Part shown: positions 16,470 through 25,485 of the stretch, piece after piece
Position numbering within the stretch: the first letter of the stretch is position 1
Layout of the letters: each line of letters begins with the position of its first letter
Assembly (NCBI GenBank): GCA_032153715.1
Contig: JALDYR010000004.1
Span: 1,140-65,139, forward strand
Direction: 5' to 3'
Origin: Candidatus Saccharimonadota bacterium
Lineage (GTDB): Bacteria > Patescibacteriota > Saccharimonadia > Saccharimonadales > Saccharimonadaceae
Length of the DNA stretch: 64,000 nt
Notes under the pieces: generated by a model
The model's database searches: none
Told to the model about the DNA's origin: nothing
Seen by the model: only the letters and a program-made list of their open reading frames with translations
Translations under genes and position numbers: made by a program

Positions 16470-17009
16470 ATGTGGGCAAAACAAAAAGGGTTTACAATTG
16501 TCGAACTGCTGATCGTGATTGTGGTGATTGGAATTCTGGCGGCAATTACGATCGCGGCATTTAACGGCATTCAAAATCGAGCGAACAATACGCGGATTAC
16601 GTCGATGGTGCGCTCGTATGTTACTGCAGTCAAAGCAAATGCAGCTGAGACTGGCAACGGCTACCTTACTACCACCTCATGTTTAGGAGTGGGATATCAA
16701 GGTGCAATTTGTCACATGGATGGCGGTATGTATTCGGAGAATTTCGGCAGCTTTAACGACACGCTAAAGAATTACCTGGGAACGGTGCCGGCAGTAAAGT
16801 CAGTTCGTTCACCGCTAGCAGGGAAGTGGGTTGATAGCGCACTGTATACGGTTAATAACGGCAGCTATAACGCAACGGGTAGTGCGTTTGCTTTTGCGCA
16901 GTACGGGGTGAGTAGCTGTCCAAAAATAGATAGCCTGCGCGAATTGAGTACGAGTCCGTCTCCGTTTACGGATGGGTCGGGCGTGTGGTGCCGCTTCGCA
17001 CTTGATTAG
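16470..17009 (+). CDS. Type IV pilin-like protein (prepilin N-terminal methylation domain)
   Basis: MWAKQKG|[26 protein letters not shown] class III signal with E5. Cysteine pairs in the C-terminal half. Confidence 0.85.
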   Translation: MWAKQKGFTIVELLIVIVVIGILAAITIAAFNGIQNRANNTRITSMVRSYVTAVKANAAETGNGYLTTTSCLGVGYQGAICHMDGGMYSENFGSFNDTLKNYLGTVPAVKSVRSPLAGKWVDSALYTVNNGSYNATGSAFAFAQYGVSSCPKIDSLRELSTSPSPFTDGSGVWCRFALD

Positions 17010-17075
17010 CGCATAGCTAAAGGCAAATAGGTCCGATATACTGCTAAGTATGATAATTAAAAGGGGATTAATAGT

Positions 17076-17492
17076 ATGGAAGTTGAAGTGAATTATATTG
17101 CAGTTATACTTGCAATGGTCAGCTCAATGATAGTGGGAAGTATTTGGTATGCGCGACCAGTCTTCGGCAATATGTGGATTAAGTTGGCTAAAGTTGACAT
17201 GAAAAAACAGGGTAGCGCTGTTTGGCCGATTGTCACGACGACAATTGTCAGTTTAATGACGGCGTACATCTTGGCGCACGTTGCATTCCTTAGTAATCAA
17301 TTTTTTCATCATAGCTTTTTCCAGGATGCGGTCACGACAGCTTTTTGGCTGTGGCTTGGACTGACGGCGGCACGCTTCATCACGCACGATGCGTTTGAGG
17401 GGCGACCGTGGAAACTGACGTTACTAAATGTGAGCCACGAATTTGTGACGATTATGACCATGGGCGTTATCATTGGTCTCTTTGATGTATAA
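17076..17492 (+). CDS. DUF1761-like integral membrane protein
   Basis: Four predicted TM segments. The W.A.P.FG..W pattern near the N-terminus matches my recall of DUF1761. Confidence 0.55.
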   Translation: MEVEVNYIAVILAMVSSMIVGSIWYARPVFGNMWIKLAKVDMKKQGSAVWPIVTTTIVSLMTAYILAHVAFLSNQFFHHSFFQDAVTTAFWLWLGLTAARFITHDAFEGRPWKLTLLNVSHEFVTIMTMGVIIGLFDV

Positions 17493-17511
17493 GTGAGAGT
17501 AGGCTAAAGAG

Positions 17512-17540
17512 TTGCACGGATGCAATATCTCTGTTACAAT
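17512..17540 (+). promoter_or_regulatory. Promoter of rpsU (TTGCAC-17-TACAAT)
   Basis: TTGCAC at 17512-17517, 17-nt spacer, TACAAT at 17535-17540. Confidence 0.55.
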
Positions 17541-17550
17541 AGGCTACGAT

Positions 17551-17766
17551 ATGGTACAAGTAACACGTAAAGATGGCAACGAAGCAAACGAGAATATTAT
17601 TCGTCGTTTCAACCGCAAGGTTTTGCAGAGTGGTGTGCTAGCAGAGGCGAAAGCGTCTATGCGTTTTAGCAAAGACATCAGCAAAACTGAGCGTCGTCAG
17701 AAGGCGATCATCCGTAAGGAGCGCAAAGCTGACAAATTAGCAAAAGCACGATTGGGGCTCCGCTAA
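17551..17766 (+). CDS. rpsU: 30S ribosomal protein S21
   Basis: MVQVTRKDGNE..NIIRRFNRKV...RRQKAIIRKERK is typical of S21. Start taken at ATG 17551 rather than the track's 17512. Confidence 0.85.
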   Translation: MVQVTRKDGNEANENIIRRFNRKVLQSGVLAEAKASMRFSKDISKTERRQKAIIRKERKADKLAKARLGLR

Positions 17767-17768
17767 GA

Positions 17769-18224
17769 ATGGCTCTTAACGAGCAAATCCAAAACGATAT
17801 GAAAGCCGCCCTTCTTGGCGGCGATCGTTTTGTAGGGGATACGTTACGAAATCTTAAAGCAGCAATTTTGAACGAAGAAGTGGCACAAGGCAAGCGCGAC
17901 GAAGGCTTGAGTGATGCGGACATCGAAAAAATTGTGGCACGTGAAGTAAAGAAGCGCAATGAAAGTATTGCTCTCTACGAAAAGAACGACCGTCCAGAAC
18001 TCGCCGAAGAAGAACGCAAAGAAGCGGCAGTATTAGCAACGTACTTGCCAAAGCAACTTACCGAAGATGAAATTCGCGAACTGGCAAAAACAGTGATTGA
18101 AAGCATGGATAATGTTGGCCCAAGTGTTATGGGTCAGGTTATTGGTGGCGTCAAAGCCAGGGCCGGCAATACGGCAGACGGTGCAACGGTTGCGCGCGTC
18201 GTTAAAGAACTACTGAATTCATAA
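17769..18224 (+). CDS. GatB/YqeY domain protein
   Basis: I..D.K.A...G....V..LR.L.A.I.NEE.....LSD.....I...VKKR..S...Y pattern. The rpsU-yqeY linkage is common. Confidence 0.8.
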   Translation: MALNEQIQNDMKAALLGGDRFVGDTLRNLKAAILNEEVAQGKRDEGLSDADIEKIVAREVKKRNESIALYEKNDRPELAEEERKEAAVLATYLPKQLTEDEIRELAKTVIESMDNVGPSVMGQVIGGVKARAGNTADGATVARVVKELLNS

Positions 18225-18243
18225 ATAAAAAGGAGCAAAAAGA

Positions 18244-18789
18244 GTGATTGTATTTTTCGGTCCGGCGGGAGCTGGAAAGAGTGTCCAGGGACAAATGCTG
18301 GCAGCCCGTAATGGGTGGCGTTGGTTGAGTGCTGGGCAGTTACTACGTGATACTCACGACCTTGAATTGATCAAAGAAATGCAGACTGGCAAGCTAGTCA
18401 ATCCGCAGCGCGTCAACGAATTGATGGGCGAAGCGATTAAGCGATCACTGACAGTCGATAACGTCATTCTTGATGGGTTTCCACGCCAGCTTGAACAGGC
18501 AAAATGGCTGATTGAACACAAGTCTCACCATGGTCGCGACGTTAAACTTGTCGTCGTCCTTGAGGTGCCAAAAAGCGAGCTACTAAAGCGTCTTGAAGTT
18601 CGTGGTCGAATTGACGATACGCCAGAGGCAATTGATGAACGCCTTCGCATTTATCGAACAGAAATGTATCCAGTTCTTGGTTATCTGACCGAGCAGCATG
18701 TCAACATCGTCCACGTTGACGGCGTCGGTACGGTTGGGCAGGTTCACGATCGCATTATGGAAGAGCTAGCAGCGCACAAGCTGGTGTAA
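18244..18789 (+). CDS. adk: Adenylate kinase-family nucleotide kinase (short LID, no zinc knuckle)
   Basis: P-loop GPAGAGKS, DGFPR, RGRIDD. GTG start. Confidence 0.75.
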   Translation: MIVFFGPAGAGKSVQGQMLAARNGWRWLSAGQLLRDTHDLELIKEMQTGKLVNPQRVNELMGEAIKRSLTVDNVILDGFPRQLEQAKWLIEHKSHHGRDVKLVVVLEVPKSELLKRLEVRGRIDDTPEAIDERLRIYRTEMYPVLGYLTEQHVNIVHVDGVGTVGQVHDRIMEELAAHKLV

Positions 18790-18794
18790 TTAGT

Positions 18795-19556
18795 ATGAGT
18801 CAGCCGCGTAAAACTCCAGCTCAAATTGAGGCAATGCGTGAAGGTGGAAAGATTCTCGCGACTGTTTTTGATGGATTGAAAAAGCATGTTACCGCGGGTA
18901 TGAGCGAGCTTGAGGCTGATGCATGGGTAGAGCAAGAAATCAAACGCCTTGGTGCGACGCCAACGTATAAAGAGCCAGTGCCTGATTTTCCAAATGTTAT
19001 TTGCATCAGTACTAACGAGGCAATTGTTCATGGTGTACCAACTGACTACGTCTTTGAAAAAGGCGATATTGTGAGCTTTGATCTCGTCGTGACGTATAAA
19101 GGGATGAAGACTGATAGTGCCTTCACGATGGTGATCGATGAAAAGCCAAGCGGTATCAAAAAACACTTGGTAAATTACACTGAACGCAGCTTGTATGCAG
19201 GTATTGACGCTATTAAAGGGCGTGGAACGTACACTGGCGATATTGGCGCGGCAGTTGCAAAGGTATTAAGCGACGGCAAGCTCGGGATTATTCGAGAACT
19301 TGTTGGTCACGGCGTAGGACTTGAGATGCATATGGGGCCAGACGTACCAAACTACGGTCGCAAAGGTAGCGGCGTCTTGCTGCAGCCGGGTGATACGATC
19401 GCGATCGAACCAATGGCTACATTAGGTGGTGAGAAAATTTATACGGATCCTGACGATGGATGGACGATTCTTACGAAAGACGGCAGTCTCGCAGCGCACT
19501 TTGAGCACACTGTTTTAATTACCGAGAACGGTGCTGAAATTCTTACGCAGCTTTAG
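18795..19556 (+). CDS. map: Methionine aminopeptidase type I
   Basis: Metal-ligand context VHG.P, SFD, GHGVG, IEP, FEHTV. Confidence 0.95.
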   Translation: MSQPRKTPAQIEAMREGGKILATVFDGLKKHVTAGMSELEADAWVEQEIKRLGATPTYKEPVPDFPNVICISTNEAIVHGVPTDYVFEKGDIVSFDLVVTYKGMKTDSAFTMVIDEKPSGIKKHLVNYTERSLYAGIDAIKGRGTYTGDIGAAVAKVLSDGKLGIIRELVGHGVGLEMHMGPDVPNYGRKGSGVLLQPGDTIAIEPMATLGGEKIYTDPDDGWTILTKDGSLAAHFEHTVLITENGAEILTQL

Positions 19557-20196
19557 TGTCGAGAAGGTGACGTACGCGCCGGCCTATCGCTTCAGACGGC
19601 TCAATGACCTCTGCCCTCCCAGCGGCAAGTTCGATCACTAATTCTTTTATCCAGTGATAGTGGGTGCATCCAAGGACGATAACATCGGCGCCACGATTAC
19701 AGACGTCATTAATTTCGTCTTCGATGTGTGAGCGATTTAGCTTGTTGTTTTCGATCCAATACGCCCATTGGCTGCAGTCAGGCTCAATAACATCGAGGTG
19801 TTCGCCGTATTTTTTAACCAACTTCAGGTAGCGCTCGCTTGCCAGGGTGCCGGGGGTGGCACAAACGGCAATTGTATGAGTGTTGGTGAGGCGTGCGGCG
19901 CTTTTAACCATTGGTTCAATGCCAATGAATTTTTGCGTAGGATAGCTAGTGCGCAGCGATTCAATTGCGAGCGCTGTCGCGGTATTGCAGGCGAGGATAA
20001 TGACATCGTATGACCCGTCAAGGAAGGGCTGGATTGCGGCACTCGTCAGACGGATAACTTCATCTGGTGTTTTGTCGCCATAAGGAACATTTTTGCGATC
20101 ATTAATTGTATCAATTTGTGCAGCTGGGAAAGTTTGTCGGAGTGCTTCAGCGACTGCTTCACCGCCAATTCCGCTATCGAAAATACCTAACTTCAT
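19543..20196 (-). CDS. murI: Glutamate racemase (short, 217 aa)
   Basis: FDSGIGG, ILACNTA and LGCTHY catalytic-cysteine motifs. Confidence 0.9.
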   Translation of the reverse strand: MKLGIFDSGIGGEAVAEALRQTFPAAQIDTINDRKNVPYGDKTPDEVIRLTSAAIQPFLDGSYDVIILACNTATALAIESLRTSYPTQKFIGIEPMVKSAARLTNTHTIAVCATPGTLASERYLKLVKKYGEHLDVIEPDCSQWAYWIENNKLNRSHIEDEINDVCNRGADVIVLGCTHYHWIKELVIELAAGRAEVIEPSEAIGRRVRHLLDTKAA

Positions 20197-20247
20197 AGAC
20201 CCAGTATAGACTATTCAAATCTGTCCATAAGCGTTATACTGTTAGAC

Positions 20248-21501
20248 ATGCAAGAAACTTCTCGATATGCCGTCGGTATTGATGTTGGTACGACTACGGT
20301 CAGATGTGTCGTCGGACATATAGATGCAACAACGGGGACGCCAACGATTATTGGCGTTGGAGCAGTGCCAAATAGTGGCATGCGCAAAGGCTCAGTTGCA
20401 AACCTGAACGGACCGGCGCACGCAATTGATGATGCGCTTGGTGAAGCGGAGCGTATGAGCGGCTATCAGGTTGATGCGGCGACGGTTAGTATTAATGGTG
20501 CTCACATCTTGAGCACGAAGGCTGACGGTATGATCGCGGTCGGTGCGGCGGATCATGAAATTACTCATGATGATCTTGGTCGTATCGAAGAAGTCGCGAC
20601 GATCGGCAAGGTGCCGGCAAATCGAGAAATCCTCGAAGTGGTGCCACATACATATCGCCTTGACGGGCAAGATAACATTAAAGATCCACTTGGGATGACG
20701 GGGACGCGCCTAGAGATTAACGCCAATGTAATTTCAGCGCTTGCGCCGCACGTCACGAACCTGCAAAAGGCAGCAGAGCTTGCGAAGGTGGCGCCGCATC
20801 AATTGATGCCATCTGTCGTAGCAGCGGCGCGGGCAGTTCTTAGTGAGCAGCAGCTTGAAAATGGCGTTGCAGTGATTGACCTTGGTGGGGCAACGACTAG
20901 TGTCGCGATCTTTGAAGAAGGTGATTTGCAGTTTGTCTCCGTAGTGCCAGTTGGTGGCGTGAATATTACCAATGATCTCGCGATTGGCCTCAAGACCGAC
21001 CCTGAGATTGCTGAAAAAGTGAAGCTTGATCACGCGTCGGCGGTGATGCGTGATGGCGATGAAACTGTGACAGTGGATCACGATAACACGGCGTTCGAAT
21101 TTAATCGCCAGGAAATTGATGAAATTGTTGATGCTCGGCTAGAAGAGATTTTTGAAGCAATTCACAAAGAGCTCAAGCGCGCCGGTCGCGCCGGGCAGCT
21201 GCCGAGTGGAGTGGTGCTCACTGGTGGATCGGCAAACCTTAAGGGGATTGTCGACTACACGAAGCAGTCGCTTGGACTTGCCGCGCGCGTTGGCGCAGCA
21301 AAAGGCTACGGCGGGGTGGCTGAGCATCTTGATGAGCCGCAATTTGCCGTTGCTGTTGGCTTGATGCTGACCGATGCCGAAGGTGCACCGACGGCGCATA
21401 ATGCACCTCGCGGAGGCGGTCACACCTCTGGTGCGGCGAAGTCTGCAGCCAAGCAAGCGTCTGGACTGTTGTCCAATATACTAGGGCGCTTCAAGGCCTG
21501 A
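20248..21501 (+). CDS. ftsA: Cell division protein FtsA
   Basis: Actin-fold motifs (GIDVGTT, IDLGGATT, LTGGSANL). Lies directly upstream of ftsZ. Confidence 0.9.
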   Translation: MQETSRYAVGIDVGTTTVRCVVGHIDATTGTPTIIGVGAVPNSGMRKGSVANLNGPAHAIDDALGEAERMSGYQVDAATVSINGAHILSTKADGMIAVGAADHEITHDDLGRIEEVATIGKVPANREILEVVPHTYRLDGQDNIKDPLGMTGTRLEINANVISALAPHVTNLQKAAELAKVAPHQLMPSVVAAARAVLSEQQLENGVAVIDLGGATTSVAIFEEGDLQFVSVVPVGGVNITNDLAIGLKTDPEIAEKVKLDHASAVMRDGDETVTVDHDNTAFEFNRQEIDEIVDARLEEIFEAIHKELKRAGRAGQLPSGVVLTGGSANLKGIVDYTKQSLGLAARVGAAKGYGGVAEHLDEPQFAVAVGLMLTDAEGAPTAHNAPRGGGHTSGAAKSAAKQASGLLSNILGRFKA

Positions 21502-21569
21502 TTTGAATTACAACAATAAGTGATATACTAGATAAGAATAGATACTAGGGGACGGGAGAGCGAGTTTTC

Positions 21570-22769
21570 ATGCCGGAAGTTACACCAAGCGAAATACAGA
21601 CATTTGCCAGTATAAAAGTTGTCGGAGTCGGCGGCGCTGGCGGCAGTGCTGTTAATCGAATGAAAGATGCCGGATTAGCCGGCGTGCAGTTCATTGCCAT
21701 GAATACTGACGCTCAAGCACTTCATAATAGTCGGGCTGACGTCAAGATTCACCTTGGCCACAGCACAACTGGCGGACTTGGTGCTGGTGCCGATCCTTCA
21801 ACTGGTGAAGCTGCAGCAACTGAATCTCGCGACGAAATCCAAGAAGCGCTTGCGGGTGCCGACATGGTCTTCGTGACGATTGGTGCCGGTGGCGGTACTG
21901 GTTCTGGCGCTGGTCATGTGGTTGCTGAAATTGCCCGTGAAATGGGCATCTTGGTGGTCGGCGTTGCAACAAAGCCGTTTAGTTTCGAGGGCGAAAAGCG
22001 CCGCATTAATGCTGAATGGGCAATTAATCGCCTCGGTCGCCAGGTAGATACATTGATTACTATTCCAAATGATCGCCTTCTTCAGACAATTGATCGTCGT
22101 ACGCCACTGCTCGAGACCTTCAAGATTGCTGATGATGTCCTGCGTCAAGGCGTCCAGGGAATCTCCGAATTAATTACCGAGCATGGCTTGATTAACCTTG
22201 ACTTTGCTGACGTGAAGGCAATTATGAGTAACGCCGGTAGTGCATTGATGGGCATTGGTCGGGCGAGCGGCGATGATCGCGCTGCTCAGGCGGCTCAGCA
22301 GGCAATTGAATCACCGCTGATTGAAGTTTCAATTGACGGCGCCAAAGGCGTACTCTTCAATGTCACTGGTGGTTATGATATGAGTATGAGTGAAATTCAG
22401 GAAGCTGCTGAGATTATCACGAGTGCGGTTTCGCCAGATGCAAATATTATCTTTGGTGCTACGCTCAAGCCTGACCTTGAAGATGAGTTGATTATCACGG
22501 TTATCGCAACTGGCTTTGATAGCGCGTTCTTCCACGAACAGGATGTCGCACTTGATCCTGCCGCTGAGGCTGTTCACGCAGTAGAAGCAAAGGGCGTCAG
22601 CGACGAAGCAGTTGAGGCAATTAATATGGACCTCGATAAGGCGGATGTTGCGGCAAGTTTTGCAGAAGAGCCAACTGGTAACATCTGGGATACCCCACCA
22701 GAGGATGACGACGAGTCGGATACTCCAGCCTTCCTACGTCGCCGTAAAAAGAACAAAACTGAAGAATAG
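21570..22769 (+). CDS. ftsZ: Cell division protein FtsZ
   Basis: [13 protein letters not shown] and the tubulin signature GGGTGSGAG. Acidic C-terminal tail ending in PAFLRRRKK. Confidence 0.97.
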   Translation: MPEVTPSEIQTFASIKVVGVGGAGGSAVNRMKDAGLAGVQFIAMNTDAQALHNSRADVKIHLGHSTTGGLGAGADPSTGEAAATESRDEIQEALAGADMVFVTIGAGGGTGSGAGHVVAEIAREMGILVVGVATKPFSFEGEKRRINAEWAINRLGRQVDTLITIPNDRLLQTIDRRTPLLETFKIADDVLRQGVQGISELITEHGLINLDFADVKAIMSNAGSALMGIGRASGDDRAAQAAQQAIESPLIEVSIDGAKGVLFNVTGGYDMSMSEIQEAAEIITSAVSPDANIIFGATLKPDLEDELIITVIATGFDSAFFHEQDVALDPAAEAVHAVEAKGVSDEAVEAINMDLDKADVAASFAEEPTGNIWDTPPEDDDESDTPAFLRRRKKNKTEE

Positions 22770-22788
22770 AATTAGGTAATTATACTCC

Positions 22789-23241
22789 ATGAACCCTAAG
22801 TACAAAATTGGTGACAGTCGGGTGATTGAGTCGCGGGAGGTCAGTGACGGAGTCACGATCCGACGCCGACGCGAATCACCAGATGGGCGTCGTTTTACTA
22901 CCTACGAGCGCATTGAAAAGCCAAATTTGGCTGTCGTGAAGCGCGATGCGACACGTGAACTGTATGACCGCGACAAGCTTGCAATTGCTATTCGTCGCTC
23001 AGTCGGAAAGTTTTTTAGCTCTGAGGTTGAAATCGAAGAGATCGTTGATCGTGTTGAAGATGGCCTCTATGCGCTTGGTGAGAGCGAAGTGAGTTCACGC
23101 CGCATTGGTGAATTTGTTCTTGACGAACTAGCGGGGCGTAACGAAGTTGCCTATGTGCGTTTCGCAAGTGTGTACCATGAATTTAAGACTCTCGATGACT
23201 TCAAGGAGATTCTTGAGGCTCGTCAAAAGAAAACGTCATGA
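22789..23241 (+). CDS. nrdR: NrdR-like transcriptional repressor (ATP-cone retained, zinc-ribbon cysteines absent)
   Basis: V..SR......IRRRRE....RFTTYE plus ATP-cone plus VAYVRFASVY align with NrdR. The protein contains no cysteine at all. An in-frame TAA lies 12 nt upstream of the ATG. Confidence 0.8.
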   Translation: MNPKYKIGDSRVIESREVSDGVTIRRRRESPDGRRFTTYERIEKPNLAVVKRDATRELYDRDKLAIAIRRSVGKFFSSEVEIEEIVDRVEDGLYALGESEVSSRRIGEFVLDELAGRNEVAYVRFASVYHEFKTLDDFKEILEARQKKTS

Positions 23242-23498
23242 AGGTAAGGATTGTGTATCGAGAACGAAGCGACCATGCGCGCGCTGTTATCGATTATCTC
23301 CATGATTTCAAACGTCGCACCGACAAAGAGCTAGAGACTGTTGATCCTGATTCTCGCGGTGGTGCAGACATTTGTCGACTGTACGATGTTGTTGAATATC
23401 CTACAGTGATCGCAACTAACGACGACGGTGTAGTATTAAATCAGTGGCGAGGGCTGCCACTGCCAACGATTAATGAGGTGAGTTATTATGTTCAATAA
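23238..23498 (+). CDS. NrdH/glutaredoxin-like small protein lacking the CXXC active site
   Basis: 86 aa. The pattern IVYRERSDHARAV..YL...YPTV...W.RGLPLP parallels NrdH (IYT..DCVQCHATK...LPVV...WSGFRP), with SDHA in place of CVQC. ATGA overlap with nrdR. Confidence 0.5.
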   Translation: MKVRIVYRERSDHARAVIDYLHDFKRRTDKELETVDPDSRGGADICRLYDVVEYPTVIATNDDGVVLNQWRGLPLPTINEVSYYVQ

Positions 23499-24114
23499 TT
23501 TGTTCCATAAAGATAACGCGGATATGCTACGATCCAATCGATGGATTTTCGGGACGATGCTGGTATTTGGCGTCTTTGGACTGATTGCCTCATTTGTTTT
23601 AACGATTGAGAAGTTTCATCTTCTTTCGCAGCCAGATGCAGTGCTTTCGTGTAGTTTTAATCTCGTACTGAATTGTTCAACAGTGATGCAAATGTGGCAG
23701 TCTAGCGTCTTCGGGTTTCCAAACATGTTGATTGGCTTAATGGCCTATCCGGTGGTCATTACGGTAGCCGTGGCGGGTCTTGCTGGCGTGCGTTTTCCGC
23801 GTTGGTTTTTGATTGCGGCGAATATTTGCTACCTTTTAGGGGCGTTGTTTGCGTACTGGCTCTTTTTCCAGAGCGTCTATGCAATTCAGGTCTTGTGTCC
23901 GTGGTGTCTAATCGTGACCTTTAGCACGACACTGATCCTCGCGACGCTGATGCACTATAACCTTCGAGAGAATACATTTCGTCTCAAGAAATCCACAAAT
24001 AATAAAATTCAGCTATTTATCAGCAAAGATTATGGAAAGCTACTCGTGGCGGCGTGGATTGTTTTGTTGATTGCACTGGTCTTTTTGAAATTCGGTGACG
24101 CACTCTTCGCGTAA
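23488..24114 (+). CDS. Vitamin K epoxide reductase (VKOR) family membrane protein
   Basis: Loop cysteine pair CSFNLVLNC and the CPWC active site in a TM helix. At least four TM segments. Overlaps the upstream gene by 11 nt. Confidence 0.8.
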   Translation: MFNNLFHKDNADMLRSNRWIFGTMLVFGVFGLIASFVLTIEKFHLLSQPDAVLSCSFNLVLNCSTVMQMWQSSVFGFPNMLIGLMAYPVVITVAVAGLAGVRFPRWFLIAANICYLLGALFAYWLFFQSVYAIQVLCPWCLIVTFSTTLILATLMHYNLRENTFRLKKSTNNKIQLFISKDYGKLLVAAWIVLLIALVFLKFGDALFA

Positions 24115-24186
24115 AAAATATAACAAGCGACATCAATAGAACGTGATATTCTACTGATATGAACGTAGTGTTTAACTTTGTAGAGA

Positions 24187-25002
24187 GTGAGGTTCGAGGT
24201 GGGTGAGGTTCTCGCCGGGATTCTGACGGCTTTTGTTGCAGCACTGCTGCTTTTTGCGGCGGTGTTCTTTATTGCAAAGTCACGTGATCGATTTGATATT
24301 ATCGACATCGCGTGGGGGATGGCCTTTATTGCTATTGCTATAACTAGCTTTTTGACGCAGCCGGGAGGGATAAAATTATTTAGTGTTCAAACGCTTGTGA
24401 CATTCTTGGTGTGTATATGGGGGTATCGGCTGTCTCGACATATTGCTAAGCGATGGGAGCAATCCGATCAAGAGGACGGCCGGTATCGAGATTTACGCAA
24501 GCAGTACCTTGCAAAGTCCGGTGGGCTGCTAATGAACATGTTCCTAAGAGTTTATGTAGTGCAAGCGCTCCTCGCTGTCGTTATTTCGTCGTCGGTTATT
24601 GTTGTAACTGCAGTTGCGCCTATTGCGGTAAATGCGATAGCGATACTGGGATTGATTGTCTGGCTGGTTGGGTTTTATTTTGAAGCCGTTGGCGATGCGC
24701 AGCTGCGTCAGTTTTTGACTGAGCCGGGTAATCGGGGTCAATTAATGATGCGTGGACTGTGGAGATACACGCGCCATCCAAACTATTTTGGTGAGATGCT
24801 GCAGTGGTGGGGTATATTTATTATCTCACTCTCGGTGCCGGTGTTTTGGTGGCTATCGATTATCGGGCCAATGACAATCACTATTCTGTTATTGTTTGTT
24901 TCCGGTGTGCCGCTGACTGAAAAACGCTTCGCTGGTCGACCAGGGTGGGATGAATATAAAAGGCGAACGAGTAAGCTCTTTCCGCTGCCGCCGAGGCCGT
25001 AA
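24187..25002 (+). CDS. DUF1295 / steroid 5-alpha-reductase-like membrane protein
   Basis: C-terminal G.W.Y.RHPNYFGE.L.WWG motif and multiple TM segments. Start uncertain (GTG at 24187 or a downstream GTG). Confidence 0.7.
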   Translation: MRFEVGEVLAGILTAFVAALLLFAAVFFIAKSRDRFDIIDIAWGMAFIAIAITSFLTQPGGIKLFSVQTLVTFLVCIWGYRLSRHIAKRWEQSDQEDGRYRDLRKQYLAKSGGLLMNMFLRVYVVQALLAVVISSSVIVVTAVAPIAVNAIAILGLIVWLVGFYFEAVGDAQLRQFLTEPGNRGQLMMRGLWRYTRHPNYFGEMLQWWGIFIISLSVPVFWWLSIIGPMTITILLLFVSGVPLTEKRFAGRPGWDEYKRRTSKLFPLPPRP

Positions 25003-25004
25003 AT

Positions 25005-25268
25005 ATGAATGAACAGTTCTCGGAGCATGAGTATGATGGGGAGCGGGAGTACTGGGGACGCTACTTGGCGGCGCTTGAAGAGCTAAGTCGAATTTGCGAT
25101 CCTGAGCTTAATTTTTATGAAGAAATTGAGCTTGTTCGCGATGAGGATAGGGAGGACGCATATACTCGTTTAATCAATACGTATCTTATGGCCCTTAGCA
25201 CGTCCGATGATATCGACGATGCGCTCGAATTCGTCGCGCGATACGGATTACTTGAGTCGGACAGCTAA
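25005..25268 (+). CDS. Small acidic hypothetical protein
   Basis: 87-aa ORF starting 3 nt after the previous stop. No motif recognised. Confidence 0.5.
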   Translation: MNEQFSEHEYDGEREYWGRYLAALEELSRICDPELNFYEEIELVRDEDREDAYTRLINTYLMALSTSDDIDDALEFVARYGLLESDS

Positions 25269-25280
25269 ACAGGGTAAAAT
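25252..25280 (+). promoter_or_regulatory. Candidate ileS leader promoter (TTGAGT-17-TAAAAT)
   Basis: TTGAGT at 25252-25257, 17-nt spacer, TAAAAT at 25275-25280. This would give a leader of about 218 nt. Confidence 0.45.
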
Positions 25281-25296
25281 AGGAATGTAACAACGT

Positions 25297-25485
25297 CTTG
25301 CAACTATGCAAGTGAGCGGCTATCACCCGCGAAGTTTTGGGAAGAAATCACGGTCGTGAAACTAGACCCCGACGTGTACGCTACGTCAAAGCGAACAACT
25401 AAGTGCTAAAAGAATCACTTCTTTTGGAAGTCAGATGGTAACGTCCAGATCGGACTCTGACATTCGAAAGAGGTGATTTTTTGTT
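25297..25485 (+). promoter_or_regulatory. T-box-like riboswitch leader (Ile specifier AUC) upstream of ileS
   Basis: Hairpin GCGG/CCGC (25316-25330) with 7-nt loop CUAUCAC, giving AUC followed by the purine A. Stem II candidate at 25339-25370. Hairpin 25371-25387 whose loop CGCU can pair with AGCG at 25390-25393 (IIA/B-type pseudoknot). Helix GUCAGA/UCUGAC, 7-nt bulge UGGUAAC (25436-25442), helix GUCC/GGAC. This matches the canonical antiterminator, whose bulge is UGGNACC. A U-tract lies at 25477-25487. Confidence 0.6.
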
